Assembly: GCA_032718475.1 (NCBI GenBank)
Contig: JAUCBJ010004647.1
Location: 1-45,791 of the forward strand
Direction: 5' to 3'
Source: Nemertoderma westbladi
Lineage: Eukaryota; Animalia; Xenacoelomorpha
DNA: 45,791 nucleotides
This document shows, in pieces, positions 1 to 13,756 of this stretch; within the stretch, counting starts at the first letter, position 1; the number at the start of each line of letters is the position of its first letter. The notes beneath the pieces are model-generated. The model searched no databases. It had not been told where the DNA came from and saw only the letters and a list, made by a program, of their open reading frames with translations. The translations under genes and the position numbers were made by a program.

Positions 1-666
1 GGGGGCAGCAATTGCCCCACAGGTGTCGGCTGGTGGGGGGCGTGGCGATATAAATTAACCGGGACCCCCCCAACGATGGAAGTGGATAGAAGATTAGCGA
101 ATATCAACAATGCCATACATCCGGTTAGGGGACGATAAAGGGTCAGGCAGAGATCGGCAAAACGAAGGAACGTTGAACCTGGAGGACATGGATATGACGC
201 CAAAAAGTGGTCAATGTGAGGAAAGCGAGAGGATTAGTCAAGGAACTGTTGCCACAAACAACAAGAGGAGTCGAGATAGGATGGACAGCAATCCGTCGAT
301 AATCGAAGTAGAGGAGACAAACTGGTGGGGTTGAACTTTGGGAGATTGCAATCGCCCTGAAGAAACGTGGCCTGGGGATTTGTACTACACACCGGGGGAG
401 GGGTTTAGGATCGAGAAGAACAAAACGAGATGATGAGAGGGGATCGAAGAAAAACTTCCCGTGAGAACGTAGCTGCCAATTGACAGTTCGGAATATTCGA
501 GAAGAGCAAACTTCGGTCCACAGGACCACATACAGACTGCTAAACATAGGCCATGTTGTAAATGCTAGTGTAGATAACACGCCGTATCCGCCGCAATACA
601 CCACAACAAATAGAATAAGAATAACAACCCCCTCAGATCCTATAATGAAACATGTGACACAGAGGT

Positions 667-1100
667 ATGGGAATGACCATTACCCCCGATGCTATATTCG
701 ACGCACTGGACAGCAGAACAGCGTCAGCATATAAGGAACCAACATCTGCGCCATTGACTGCGATACAGATCCAAGCGATGAAGATGGCACCCCCCATCGA
801 CGCGCTAAAAACGAGAATAGAGCAACCATCACTAAAATGGAGCCTTTCAAGTTTGATGGTTGCAAACCAGAGGAATATCTGCAGTTCCGGAGGATTTATA
901 ACAATGAAATACTTTAGAAAAAACTGACAAGGGTGGAGTGCCTAAAATACTTATAAGTTTATACAGGGGGGCCAGCCTATGACATCGTAAGGCAATATCA
1001 GGAAATAGAAGGAGGCTTTATGGCTGCCTGGAAAGTGCTGGGCAGAGAGTTCGTCCATCCTGCTAAAATTATCCGACAAACCTTAAGGGGAATAACATGT
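667..1100 (+). pseudogene. gag: Decayed BEL/Pao gag fragment (DUF1759-like capsid region)
   Basis: From about 837 one frame reads MEPFKFDGCKPEEYLQFRRIYNNEIL*KKLTRVECLKYL*VYTGGPAYDIVRQYQEIEGGFMAAWKVLGREF, matching the F.G....F / EKL.YL...G / AW..L...F pattern of the two gag ORFs later in the window; contains stops and frameshifts. Confidence 0.7.
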
Positions 1101-1286
1101 TATGCTGTAATAATTGGCTTTTAATGGTTGTAGGCAGACCCAAGTGTAAAGCAAAGCAACACCCCATGACAATTTACATCAACAACAAATATTATTAACC
1201 AGCTAAGAATAAGAATGTATAGTCAGTCTATTGGAGATAGAAATAAAATAAAATATTGAGGGTCTTTAGCTGGTTATATTATATTA

Positions 1287-2247
1287 AACTAGAAAGCCAG
1301 CAAGCTGGCTGGAAGGAGCCCGGGGGAAGGACCCTATGTACAAGACTATTACAAATAAACCTTGTCGGTCAGCAGTAAGTAAACTAAACAATTGTCTAAA
1401 CTATAAGGCGTGGGGCTAGCTGACTTTGTGGCTCGTCCCACATAGTAAAAAATGAAACTTTGCTATGACAACACACCCGGTTCTTCTAAATTTGCGTGAT
1501 TTGCGTTTTATGCTCGCACCACTATTTGTAAGAAATATTAAAACTTATCTTACAGTATGCCAATGTAGTAATGGTATTAAAATATAATTAAATTAATTTA
1601 CACTATTAATGCTTCAGCTAAAAAATGATGCTAATCCTATGTAATAAAAAAAATAAGAGAAATATTTTTAAGAACTTTCTACATATTATATCCTATGCAA
1701 AATAATCAGCCCAATGATTCGTGGAATAATAATAATATAATCCTACTACAGTTGAATATTTTATTTTATTATTGACAACTCAACTATTTTCTGTCTATCC
1801 CTGAGAGCTGATAAAGGATGTGTAGACTCAGCCAGCAGCCAGCAGCAGGAGGGGTGTAGTCAAGAAATTCTGCCTTGATGGAATTTTTTCTATCTCAGGC
1901 AGCCCTAAACTCAACCATTCATACACAGCTAGCTGCTGCAGCAGCTCAGGCAGGAGTTGTTACTTTACCATTGCTTTTAATTTCGCGAAAAAATAATTTC
2001 AAAAAAACGAAATATATCGAATACCACACATTGAATTGATCTGATATTTTGTAACGCGATTATGAACCAGCAAAGCAATTTACTTGTAAAATTTCAACAA
2101 AATCGCCAGGCAGGAAGTGCCTGAACCTACAGTAGATAATTATCAGTCAGTCAGTCAGTCAGTCAGTGTATATATCCTGAGATTTTTACAGTAATGTATC
2201 CCTGAGATTCTTACAGTAAGTATCCCGCCTGTCGAGCGGGCTCCTAA
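1287..2247 (-). mobile_element. Non-autonomous Helentron-associated (HINE/DINE-1-like) element
   Basis: Sub-terminal inverted repeats AGGAGCCCG (1314-1322) / CGGGCTCCT (2237-2245); terminal stem-loop AGCCAGC-AA-GCTGGCT (1295-1310); hairpin overlapping the other subTIR (2224-2240); (CAGT)n microsatellite about 2144-2167. Confidence 0.7.
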
Positions 2248-3029
2248 CTAGAAAGCCAGCAAGCTGGCTATAAGAAGACCGTCTATAAGACAACAAAACC
2301 GAAAAACTAAATGATAATCTAATCCCCAATCAAATATCAATCACAATCAATATGTAAACCTCTCCCTCCCTCCATGCAGCCTTGGAGAAAGCAGAATTAT
2401 TGTCATGACCAGTTCGCAACAGACAACCCACCTGGCACGTTTTTCTAACCAAAGTAATACACGAATGTCAATAGAATAGGGTACAGTTTAATTTTTGGGA
2501 TAAATGAAAGACTGGAACAATTTACCAAATTAAGAAAAAGGAGCAGATAGCAGTGGCACTTTATTCTAACCAAAACAATAAACGAAACTCCATGTAATAT
2601 AGCTTCAAGTTAAATGTTTCGGATAAATGAAAAACTGAAACGTTTTAACAAATTATTATTATTATCTTTAATCCACGCCATTAAGGCACATAGTAAAAAT
2701 AAATACATAATTAAATTGGTTTAATTAAATTGTTAAAACGTTTCAGTCTTTCATTTATCCGAAACATTTAACTTTTTTAACCGAAACAATTTAAGTTGAA
2801 AGAGCAGTATAATTGGCAATAATGTACAGTACACAGAGTACACTGTGTTTAATTTAATAGAATAACGAAGTAACAAGTAATTATGTTTAATGGTTAAAGA
2901 AAAACGTTAGAAAAATATATTACACATAACCTATTTCAAATAACATCTAACTCCCACATGTCATTCAGGTCTATACTTTCTCTATATACTGTATAAAAAA
3001 AGTCTGACCTCATGTCACATTTCCTACTG

Positions 3030-4135
3030 AGAGTAACTTGCAAGTGGTGCGCTGGTCCGATTACATATATAATATACAGCAGGCCTACATATACAATATT
3101 CAATACGGCATGGTATGGAGAGTCGCAAAAAGTCACAAAACTTTATATGTAGACTATAGGTGGAGCCGACTTTGCCGACCAATTCGACTCTTCCGACCAC
3201 CTCTTGGGCCGTGTATAAAGGCGAATTCGACCCTGTGAACTGAGGGTAAGTCGCAAGTGGTAGGCAGTTTCGGCTTACAAATATCATCATAGGCCTACAA
3301 TAGACTATATGGAGGGTCGCTAAAAATCGCAAAACTTTAGACTATAGGTGGAGCCGACTTTGCCGACCAAATCGACTTTCCGACCACCTCTTGGGCCGTA
3401 TAAAGGCGACTATTCGACCCAGTGAACTGAGGTTAAGTCGCAAGTGGTCGGCAGTTCGGCTTACATATATCATCATAGGTCTACAATGGACTATATGGAG
3501 GGTCGCTAAAAGTCGCAAAACTTTATATGTAGACTATAGGTGGAGCCGACTTTGCCAACCAATTCGACTCTTCCGACCACCTCTTGGGCCGTATAAAGGC
3601 GACTATTCGACCCAGTGAACTGAGGGTAAGTCGCAAGTGGTCGGCAGTTCGGCTTACATATATCATCATAGGCCTACAATAGACTATATGGAGGGTCACT
3701 AAAAGTCGCAAAACTTTATACAGTATGTAGACTGGAGCCGACTTTGCCGACAAATTCGACTCTTCCGACCACCCCTGTATATAATATATCTAACCCGACT
3801 AGCCGACCACTTGCGACTTACCCTCACTTCACTGGGTCGTATAGTCGCCTATTGTAGACCTATGATGATATATTTAATCCGAACTGCCGACCCCTTGCGA
3901 CTTACCCTCAGTTCACTGGGTCGAATAGTCCCCTTTATAGACGGCCCAAGAGGTGGTCGGAAGAGTCGATTTGGTCGGCAAAGTCGGCTCCACCTATAGT
4001 CTACAGATAAAGTTTTGCGAATTTTAGCGACCCTCCATATAGTATATTGTTGGCCTATGATGATATATGTAAGCCGAACTGCCGACCACTTGCGACTTAC
4101 CCTCAGTTCACTGGGTCGGATAGTCTCCTTTATAC
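3030..4135. repeat. About 190-bp tandem array: about 4 copies forward (3030-3772), then about 1.8 inverted copies (3795-4135)
   Basis: Recurring GGTGGAGCCGACTTTGCCGACCAATTCGACTCTTCCGACCACCTCTTGGGCCG on +, with its reverse complement after about 3795. Confidence 0.9.
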
Positions 4136-4326
4136 CTGCATATTGCATAACATATATAAGAATAATATAATTATCATATAAATAGTATTACTGAACAGTA
4201 GACAAAGTACATTTAGTACTTTATTAATTAATGCCGTATTATATGCTTAATTATTGAGTATTCGATACTTTAACTTGACTGATATACTGCAGTACTGCTG
4301 TACTGTCGTGACTGTCTGACTGTGAT

Positions 4327-5742
4327 ATGCACGCCAATGATGACACCGGTATACCGGTAGCAATAATTAATAATGTTCTTTGTTATGCCTGGCACCGACA
4401 TTACCGTGGTGTCCCTCATGGCAATATCGTGAAAACAATGAACTGCTGGCCTGAATTTACGCTCAATGACATCATATCTGCACGTTCTGTACTCACTGAT
4501 CTTTTGGTCAATGATTGGGGAGAATTTATGAAGAAAGTTACTAACTGACTAAGCGTCATAATGGTGACTCAAAATGCAAATCCTATCTTAAAGATATTTT
4601 CGACATCTTTGAATTCTCTGGGTTCATTCAGTTAGACCATAAACATGCCTTCGTCATCGAAGACTTTACCGTTGGAAGGAACGGTTCCACCGGTCCTTCC
4701 AGAAAGTATCAAACTTGCAACTACGATCAACGAGGTTGATGATGTTAAGGCAAGGTTACGAGCGTTGGAAGCCGTGATTTTCACACACAGTTCAAGCGAA
4801 ATTATTATCGGGACCGGTGGTCGAATGCCTACCGAGTCTGCTCGGCCTCTACTACAGTCTGAATCGACGAACCGAGTTTCGCTTACTGCATCTAACAGCC
4901 ATCCAGACTGGGAAACTAAAGTAATAGAAGAGGAGATATCACAATAATTGTCGCGCGTTGATGCCAATATCAACCTGCCCGAGGTGCCGACTAATCGAAC
5001 CTATGCATCTATTGCAAATGATGTCAATAATGCCGGGTATACGGAGGTACAAAGACGACGCCCACAACTCGGCGCTGGGCAACCCAATAGATTATCCTCA
5101 GAGCCTGCAGATTTGAGGCAGGGCACCACTAGGGGTCCTCGCTACAACTCTGCCAGCGGGACTCGCAACAATACTGCCAGCGGGCCATCAGCCCGTCGCA
5201 AATTAAACACTGCAGTCGGAACCGGCACTGGCATTCGATCTGGCGGTGCTGGTGGTGCATTATGGGGAGTGCAACCCAGCTGCCAAGTCTTTGTTTCCAG
5301 AATTGATCCTGAATTCGGAGCACAAGACCTGCAACATTTCGTTTCATCTACTTTTAAAGTCTCAGTGAACAAATGTGTACAGATATATACTCGATCACAG
5401 CTGTATAGATCCTTTGTTATCAATTGTTCCCAGGATGGAGCTGAGAAAATACTGAGTCCCGATACATCAAGCCTATGGCCTAAAGCAGTCATTGCTCACT
5501 ATTGGGTCGGTCCAAGATCACCTAGACTCGCTGACAACATACAACAACTCAACTCTGAGGATGTTGGAAGAGAGGACATCGGTGTGGACGTCGCAGCTGA
5601 CAAGGTCAGCGACAGTGCTGGTGAGGCGGCTGCAGGAGCTATGGAAATAGGGGTCAGCACTGCTGGTACCAACTCCGGTAGTGGCAGACCCCAAACCTCC
5701 AACCACTTCAACCCCCTACTACAGGTTCATGATGCAACTTGA
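4327..5742 (+). pseudogene. LINE ORF1 (disrupted)
   Basis: ORF pieces 4327-4548, 4645-4947 and 4948-5742; C-terminal VFVSRI...YRSFVI...LWP RRM-like block also present in ORF 12549-13754. Confidence 0.75.
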
Positions 5743-5762
5743 TACAAAAACAAAATGTAACC

Positions 5763-8461
5763 ATGGTAACGGTATCAACATATAATGCAAACTCAATCCG
5801 AACTGCTTCCAGTAGGTTAACAGTACAAAACCTACTCGATTCCTGTGACATATTATTTCTGCAGGAGCAACTTCTGCCTCAACAAGATTTATCTTACCTA
5901 CAGTCAATCCACCCAGACTTCACAGCATTTGGGACCTACCCCGTTGATCTCTGGTCTGCACTGCTCACAGGGCGTCCATATGGTGGGCTGGCCATACTCT
6001 GGAGAAAAACGCTTGGTGCCAGCATAAAAATAACAGATAGCAGTGACCCCAGACTGCTTTCGGCTTCACTTAGCCTGTCTACAGGAGAATCGCTTCTACT
6101 CATAAATGTTTATATGCCCCACGAGTGCCTAGATAATGTTTACCTATACACGGAGAATATTGGAAAAATTCAAGCCTATTGCAAACCTCTACTTATAATC
6201 ATCTTTTAATATTGGGAGATTTTAATGCAGACCCTAATAGGAATTTTTACAAATTGCTGTCAGAAATGTGCGATGAGGAGGGGCTGTCTGTACTTGATTC
6301 TGATATATTGCCTAACTCTACCTTCACATATATGAGTCCGACATATAACAGTGAGTCGTGGCTTGATCATTGTATATCTCCGTCTCTTACAACCTTTCAA
6401 TTTTTGACCATATGCCGCTATCTGTTACTATAAATAATGGTATTGAGAGTGAATCTACCAGCTGCAATAACATTCCACCGGGAGTGACAAAGGTAAATAA
6501 CAACCTCTTCAGGACAGATTGGTCGGTACTATCACCTTTGCAAAGAGAAACCTACTCGGCAAAATGCGATTCGTTACTGTCGGGGATCCAGGTACCCTGG
6601 GATTCTATTGCATGTAATAATGCAAAATGTAAAATTCACAACCTTGAGATAGATAAATTCTACAATGATATAGTTTCATCACTGAAATCTGCGGAGCCTG
6701 AGACAGTTGCAAAGAAAACTTCCAATGCGGACTCTACCAGTTCATCACACATCCCGGGCTGGAATGACGTTGCTAAAGAAAAATACAAGCACTTGCGAGA
6801 CCTCTTTCTCATATGGCGAGATATGGGTAGCCCGCGTAATGGGAGCCTACATGAACAGCTCTTACAGGCGAAGGCACAATTCAAGTTGGCTCTTCGAAAT
6901 TGCAAAAACTCTGAAGATCAACTACGCTCTGATAAACTGGCGCAGTCCCTACTCGATAACAAATCCAATGATTTCTGGAAAGATGTGAAAAAGAAAACCA
7001 AAGCAAAAATATAATCTCCACTCTCGATGGATAATACAGTCGGTACGCCCTCAATATGTCACAAATGGGCAGAGACCTACAAGTGTTTATTTAACTCTCA
7101 ACCCAGATCCCCTTCCCATCCAACATCTATCCAAAGCGGCGGCCCAGCTACTTTTCTGCAACGAAATGATAGTCTCTCCAGCTGAAACTGCTGACGCTAT
7201 TCGCGAACTCTCGACCAACAAGGTCGAGACCCTGCCGGTCCTGACCACATTTTGGCAGAACATATTTTATATGCACCGCCCCGTCTACAAATTTACCTAA
7301 GTATACTTTTACCTGCTTTTTTACTCATGGTTTTTTACCCAGTGCTTTGGTGCAATCAACAATTTTACCCGTTCTAAAAGATAGAAATGGGTAAGTTACA
7401 GATTCCACTAACTATAGGCCTGTTGCCTTATCTACAATTATTGGCAAACTTTTTGAAGTCATTATTCTAAAACGTATAAGCGACTCTCTGTTTACAACGC
7501 ACATTAAATTTGGTTATAAAAAGAAAAAGTTTTTTAGATGCCTCCAAGGCATTCGATACCGTCTCACATTCTATTTGATAAACTTTTAGATAGAGGAATA
7601 CCTATTTATATTTTGCGTATCATTGACTATTGGTACAGTAACCAATCAGCTAGTGTCGTTTGGGATTGATTTTTGTCTGACTCCTTCCAGGGCACTAATG
7701 GTGTCAGGCAAGGAAGTATTTTAAGCCATTACTTCTTTAACATATATACCAATGACCTAAGTGTGCAACTATCTACTACAGGTATAGGTGCAAGACTTAA
7801 CCATTTATGTACAAATCATTTTATTTATGCGGATGACATCTGTCTCATATCCACCTCGCCTATAGCTCTACAATCTCTATTAAATATTTGTGCTGATTTT
7901 GCTTCACATAATAACCTGAAATTTAATGTCAAAAAATCTAAATGTTTGTTTTTACATAGCCGTTTAAGAAACTTTATATCCAACGTTCAAATTACATTAC
8001 TTGGTGCTATTCTAGAACAAGTAGATAAATACAAGTACTTAGGTCACTACATTTCAAACGATTTTTCGGACGACATTGATATTCGTAATCAAACCCGGTG
8101 CTTCTACGCCCGAGGCAATTTAATTATTAGGAACTTCAGTAAGAGCAATAATGCAGTAAAACATAACCTGTTCATCGCATTTTGTAGTAATGTTTATTGC
8201 AATTCATTATGGGCAGACGCTTATATTACTAAATATACTTTAGAACGTATACGGGTTGGTTACAATACGTGTTTACGCAAACTTTTCGGGATTGTCCATA
8301 ATTAAGATTATAGTGCTTCTGCAATGCTCGTGAACTTAAACCTCAAGTCTTTCATACATGTAAGACGGTTTTCCCTCATAAGTCAATATAAAACAGTAAA
8401 TGATTCCACGAATTGGGAAATTTCAGAAAATAATTCAACTTTTAAGCGACTGCGCAGATAG
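5763..8461 (+). pseudogene. LINE ORF2: AP endonuclease plus reverse transcriptase, multiply frameshifted
   Basis: TYNANS, LFLQE, GRPYGGLAILW, NVYMP, GDFNA, SWLDH, IPGWND; RT motifs GVRQGSILS and YADD in ORF 7673-8305. Confidence 0.92.
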
Positions 8462-9041
8462 TGTTCGCACCGCGCCACATACCGTCAATCTATATTGTGC
8501 TATTGTCATTGCATGTTATGTATGTAAAATATTGTATTTACTATTTACTGTTTAGTGTATTTATCTATAATTATATGTAATTAATTTTAATATGGGTTGA
8601 TCCTGGAATAAATATAATAATAATAATAATTAATAAATTATTATTTAGCCGTACAATAAGCCTTACACCAACCATATTGCCTAAAATGTGATGAGTTATA
8701 GTTAATTAGACAAGAAGGCTTGTGATAGGCCGCGACCTGCCGACTGGGTGCGACCATTAGTCGCCAAAAACGGGTCGATTGGGATTTGCGTCGAGTTTCC
8801 CCCCCTGTCTCCGAAGTAGAGCACTTCTTACCCTTCCAAGCCAATATCAATGTGCCCAAACAAACATACATACATACAAACAAACACACACACACACACA
8901 TACGTTTTTTTTATGACAGCAAGAAGCCCTGGCGGTCTTCTAATAAAGATATCACCAGGTTAAGACCCTCAATATTTTATTTTATTTTTATTCTCATTGG
9001 GACATGTGTTAATGGCTATTAATTCTGAACCAGAGGGAAAT

Positions 9042-9093
9042 TATGTATGTATGTATGTTTGTATAGCGTGCGAAACGCGCCTGGCTTGCTAGT
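9042..9093 (+). mobile_element. Helitron-like 3' terminus (fragment)
   Basis: (TATG)n, GC hairpin GCGTG-CGAAA-CGCGC (9066-9080), then CTAG|T at 9089-9093. Confidence 0.45.
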
Positions 9094-10610
9094 ATTTATT
9101 ATAAGGCCAGTATCCGTAATAGTAGGCCGATATTATTAATTAAGTTTCACCACCAAAGTTGATGTAAAAGTCAATAAAAGTGTATATTGCTTTGATCCTT
9201 AATTATATTGCAATGTAATTAACAGTGGAAAAATACCTTATATAAATGACTGAACGGGATAATCAAATCTCGATTCATTGACTCTTATACCATCCAGTAA
9301 TATGACCTTTAATTAGATTATACAACGTAGTGCAGCTGTTAGTAGAAAATAATATTTATTATTCGGTTAGTTCAATTTAGAAATATACTACTTAGTCAGA
9401 TAAAAGTTTACAATTTATTTTCATTCATATCGGACACTAACAGTTAAATCTGTTTCTAAAAGAACCCATTGAATGTAACCAGCACTAAAACAATCCGAAT
9501 CACCGGAGTAGCCATCACACCTGAACTGATCTCAGCTGTTGTGGTTACTTCATGCACACTGCTAGTTGTTGTAGCTTGATTACCTTCCCAGATTGGAGTC
9601 GGGCACTCACCAGGGCAACAAAATATTTGGCACGAATTGTACTTGACAGTGAACCCATGGAGCAAAAAGTCCCTAGTAATAATCAAAACCCGAACGAGAT
9701 CATCCAGGTATGTTTCCACATCCTTGTGGCTCTGGTGATCAATTTTAAACCCTTCTTCTACCTGTTGCATAAGCAAAGGACATCTGTATGTATACCCTAG
9801 GGCTAAATATGGCGAGAAATATCCACGACGCCGAACTTACTAGCATATATTGAGTGCGGAGTAGAAGATGTAATAACAACTACTATTCGACATCGCCAGC
9901 TCAAGTTTATTGAAAATTTATGTTCTATAACAAATTTTAATAACAGTTATCACCCGCTATTTAATAAGTAATACAATTAAATAAAGTAAAAGTAATACAA
10001 TTAATTAATTTAAAATTAAATACAAATAAATAAATAACAATAAATAAAAGGGTAGAGGTGTCACTTATGACACCCGTTTGGCCCTCTAGGCGATGGTTGG
10101 ACATCACTCATGACCCATTGGGTGTTAGGGCGCTAATCGGTCCGATCAATTAACCACAATTAACCACATTAATCAACATAATTACCATGCAAACCACCAA
10201 CGTTAATCTAACGTTGGGAATATCAGACATTCGTTAAAAATTGACAGTTAGAATTGAACCATAAACCTGCGTTAAAATACATTAGATTTATGCAATTTTT
10301 TAACGTTAATTTTTTACAGTAATTATACAATATAATATAGACAAATGTCAGACAATGACACATTTTTTAATGTTAATTTAACGTTAATTATTAACATTAA
10401 TTTAGCATTAATATCCACTATCCACCTATGCCTAGCTGACCAGTTACCATTCGGTAACTATTGTTCATTTGTTATTTTGTTAAATTTTTATGAGACGTGT
10501 AATTGTTTTAATATTATTTTTAGATATTTACCTTACTAGTCAGCATCAGTGTACCAGTATTAAGCGTACAGTATAACCAGAGCTTCAATTCGATTGACAA
10601 TTCGGATTTA

Positions 10611-10745
10611 GGACACTTCCCCCCCGGACAGTTCCCTCCGGACACTCCCCCCCCCGGACACTTTCCCCCCGGTCACTTCCTCCCCGGACACTTCCCCCCC
10701 GGACACTTTCCCCCCGGTAACTTCGTCCCCGGACACTTCCCCCCC
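10611..10745. repeat. About 16-18-bp C-rich minisatellite (GGACACTTCCCCCCCC)n, about 8 copies
   Basis: Direct reading; resembles sub-terminal arrays of DNA transposons, but no partner end was found. Confidence 0.85.
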
Positions 10746-12548
10746 AGTTAAAGTGTTAAAATTAATCTGGGTGCACCAAAGCAATAAACAAAAGTTTAAG
10801 ATGGTTACAGGACAAGTTGTATCTAGTCAAGTTTTTTAAAAATTATAAAAGAAACATTTTTATAGTCAAATTTTGTTTGTTTTTCTTTTAATTTTTAAAC
10901 TCCCGCTTCTTTTCTTGGGGGCTGCAGTCCCGAAACCCCGGCATTCCCTGTGTGCCCGTGGTGAAAGACTTTGAGACCATTTTTAAATAATTAATTCATG
11001 TTTGGTTTGTATCATCAGATAATAAATTGACTAAGCCTAAAGTAGGAGCTGTATTGAATGTTAACCAAATTAATATATAAATTACTACAATATTATATAA
11101 TTCAACAAAATCCTATTAAAAATATTGCAAGTAACCAGGAAATTTAATTAGTTTATCCATATGTAATGCTGAACACAGAATACAGGTCGACGCATGTCGA
11201 TTTTACCCTGGAGAGGTATAATTTTGATCGCAACAATAATATAGCAACCAATACAATGGGTACTATTCAGGACACATTACTGCATATTTTTTGAATGGCA
11301 TATGACAGTATGGTATTACAGTACAGCAGTATACCGGTATTGCTGTAGCAATACCGGTATAGCTGTAGGATGGGCTGCAATGCTGTGCTGTATTGTTTAT
11401 TGTATTTTCCGGTAGTTTTCAAAGGTTTTCAAATTGTAACACAATATGAGATATACAGTCGGTGTCTCAAAGTGCATCTGTTCTTTGAGATTTTCTCAAA
11501 GTTTTTCTAAAAGTGTCTAAAAGTCATTACATTACTCCCAACGGCCGCTTTGAATTCTTGTAGACACTTTTACGTGGGAATCTCAAAGTGATTTCCTGCT
11601 TTCAGGCACTTTGAATTCTTTGAGAAATGTCACTTTGAGGTAGTTTGCGGCACTTTTAATTCTTTGAGAAAATAAACTCCAAGGTATTCCTGATTGACAG
11701 CTCGTGGTAAGTTAACAGATTCAGAGGCATTCTCGGGGAACAATATTATGCGGGCAACAAAGTGATACTTGTGTGCTGGCCAGTTGTTGCATAGAAGCTA
11801 TATTCCCATTAATTTATCAAATTGAGGTTCCTGAGGTCATTACGGGATGGGTTTTCGGTCGCAAGTACAAATTGAATTTACGGCACCCTAAAGTCTTTCT
11901 AAAAAATATTCATTCAAATAATACATGAAACATAATTAGGGAAACAAGATTAATGCTTGACAAGATTGATTATTTTAATAACATAAACAATATCAGATTA
12001 ACAATTAATATAAGAGAAACTGCACTGTAGTATATCTCTGTGTATACGCAGTTTCATTATAATGACCTAAAGAAACCCTGTTGGGAGAAAGCTTGTAATA
12101 ACTTTTGTTATTCATTTCATTAGTCACCTCAGGTCAAACCGTACTACCTTAACTGTTTAATTAATATGATAACTATGTTGACGAGAGCCGCGCGAATTCC
12201 TTCTTAAAAACTAAGAAAGGCTTTCGACTTTCAAGTACAATAGAACGGCTATACAATCTTGTGTTGTTTTAGCTTAATAGAGATATTAAAATATCCCCTG
12301 CCGCTGGCGTTTATATTTGAGCATATTTTAAATGTTTGCCTCATATTCATACTCTGCTATTCTGCTATTCCTATTGACTCTGAGACGTACTGCCTGACTT
12401 CTGCAAATAACACTGTTGTACCGGTACTGGGTTATGATGACAGTGGCTACCATAACTGCGGCCTTACCTGTGGACCTCGCATGTAAAAGGTTATACACGG
12501 GACTCTATTGTATCCATAGTTCAATCATGGCATCGTTTCACAGATGCA

Positions 12549-13754
12549 ATGTTTAAAGAAGCGAAAAATATATTGCTGTCATTGATTCCTGGTAGCGAAA
12601 GGGAGAAGAGTAAGCAATCCTTTGCAAAGTCGCGCCAATTAGGTGAGTCGTTTCGCAAGAATACCGTATGCAACATTCTGGATATTTTTGATTATGATGG
12701 GTTCATAAATCGAACTGGTAGACTTCCTCGATTTGTACCCAGTGATTTGGCTATAATTCCGCCTTTCGCTCTCAGTCACGCCGATACTGCTGTGATGCTT
12801 CGTCAATTGAGTGTCATGCAGGACCGTCTACCAGTAGTAGAGGCGGTTTGTCTGTCTCCGGGTGGATATTCCCCTTCTACAGCTTCTTCGCAACACGGTG
12901 CGATAGCTGTGGTTCCGGTACGGGTACCGGTAACTTCTTGTACCGGCAGCTGTAGTCAACAGTCACCCTACATCTGCAAACCTGATGGCAAGCCAGTTAT
13001 TTCAGTTCCTCGTAATAACACCCTTGCTAGCGGAGCTAATCGTACCGGTGAACCTAATTCGAACCTAAACTTCAGTGCTGCCCTAGGTCATAACCCTCTG
13101 GCACCCGTATTCGTCGCTGCATCACGATCTCTTTCTCCGTTATCTCAAGCGTCGTCGGGGCCTGCTACTACCGGTAGTGGCACTGGCAGGTCTAGCTTGG
13201 TAGCCAACAGCATGTATCCGAATGTTCCACAACAGTGTGATGAAGAATTCGCAGTTCCATATTCTCAGCGTAAGCGTGCTAAGCGGCAGTTGCGCAACCA
13301 GCAGCCGTCGACGGATAACTGGGCATCCAGCAGCGGCAGGCCATCATTTGTAAAAGGGTCCTCAACATCTACTAGTTTTCGCACAGTTCAACCTTCACGG
13401 AAGCTATTCTTAACAGGATGTCATCCTGACGTTGAAACTGCTACAATTACTGGATTTGTTAAAGATAAGCTCGGGTTTGATGTAATTTGCAAGAAAATTT
13501 CGTCAGACGCGGCTTCTGTTCGTTCGTTCCTGATTATTTGTTCTGACTCCGAGCGGACATTGCTTTTGAACCCTACTATCTGGCCTCTATATGCAAGAAT
13601 TAGGGACTTTGAACAGCGCAATCGTATCAATCCGAAATCGGCAACAAATTCCGGGTTTTCTGCTAGACCTAACAGCAGCAGCAGAGAAGTTTTGGATCCA
13701 CAGGTTCCTCAGGGTACCTCTATAGTACTAGTAGTCTATGGTACCTCAGGGTAA
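12549..13754 (+). CDS. LINE ORF1 protein (true start probably near 12434, behind a frameshift)
   Basis: 401-aa ORF with LPRFV..DL..IPP and a C-terminal LFLTG...VRSFLI...IWP block homologous to ORF1 at 4327-5742; sits directly before an endonuclease ORF. Confidence 0.8.
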   Translation: MFKEAKNILLSLIPGSEREKSKQSFAKSRQLGESFRKNTVCNILDIFDYDGFINRTGRLPRFVPSDLAIIPPFALSHADTAVMLRQLSVMQDRLPVVEAVCLSPGGYSPSTASSQHGAIAVVPVRVPVTSCTGSCSQQSPYICKPDGKPVISVPRNNTLASGANRTGEPNSNLNFSAALGHNPLAPVFVAASRSLSPLSQASSGPATTGSGTGRSSLVANSMYPNVPQQCDEEFAVPYSQRKRAKRQLRNQQPSTDNWASSSGRPSFVKGSSTSTSFRTVQPSRKLFLTGCHPDVETATITGFVKDKLGFDVICKKISSDAASVRSFLIICSDSERTLLLNPTIWPLYARIRDFEQRNRINPKSATNSGFSARPNSSSREVLDPQVPQGTSIVLVVYGTSG

Positions 13755-13756
13755 CT

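Larger units (their letters stand above)
4327..8640 (+). mobile_element. Near full-length decayed APE-RT LINE (RTEX/L2-like; clade tentative)
   Basis: ORF1 and ORF2 remnants in order, then AATAAA and a (TAA)n tail at about 8607-8635. Confidence 0.9.
2247..8943 (-). mobile_element. Second HINE-like element abutting the first, probably carrying the internal repeat array and a nested LINE
   Basis: Same AACTAGAAAGCCAGCAAGCTGGCT terminal hairpin at 2246-2269; subTIRs AGAAGACCG (2273-2281) / CGGTCTTCT (8933-8941); (CATA/CAAA/CA)n microsatellite about 8857-8902. That both ends belong to one copy is inferred. Confidence 0.5.

Noticed and set aside
2936-4148. Family of similar short ORFs
   Set aside because: Translations of the 190-bp tandem repeat
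11415-12090. Degenerate CTCAAAG/CTTTGAG repeats with possible CCCAAC termini
   Set aside because: Probably MITE debris, but TIRs and TSD could not be delimited
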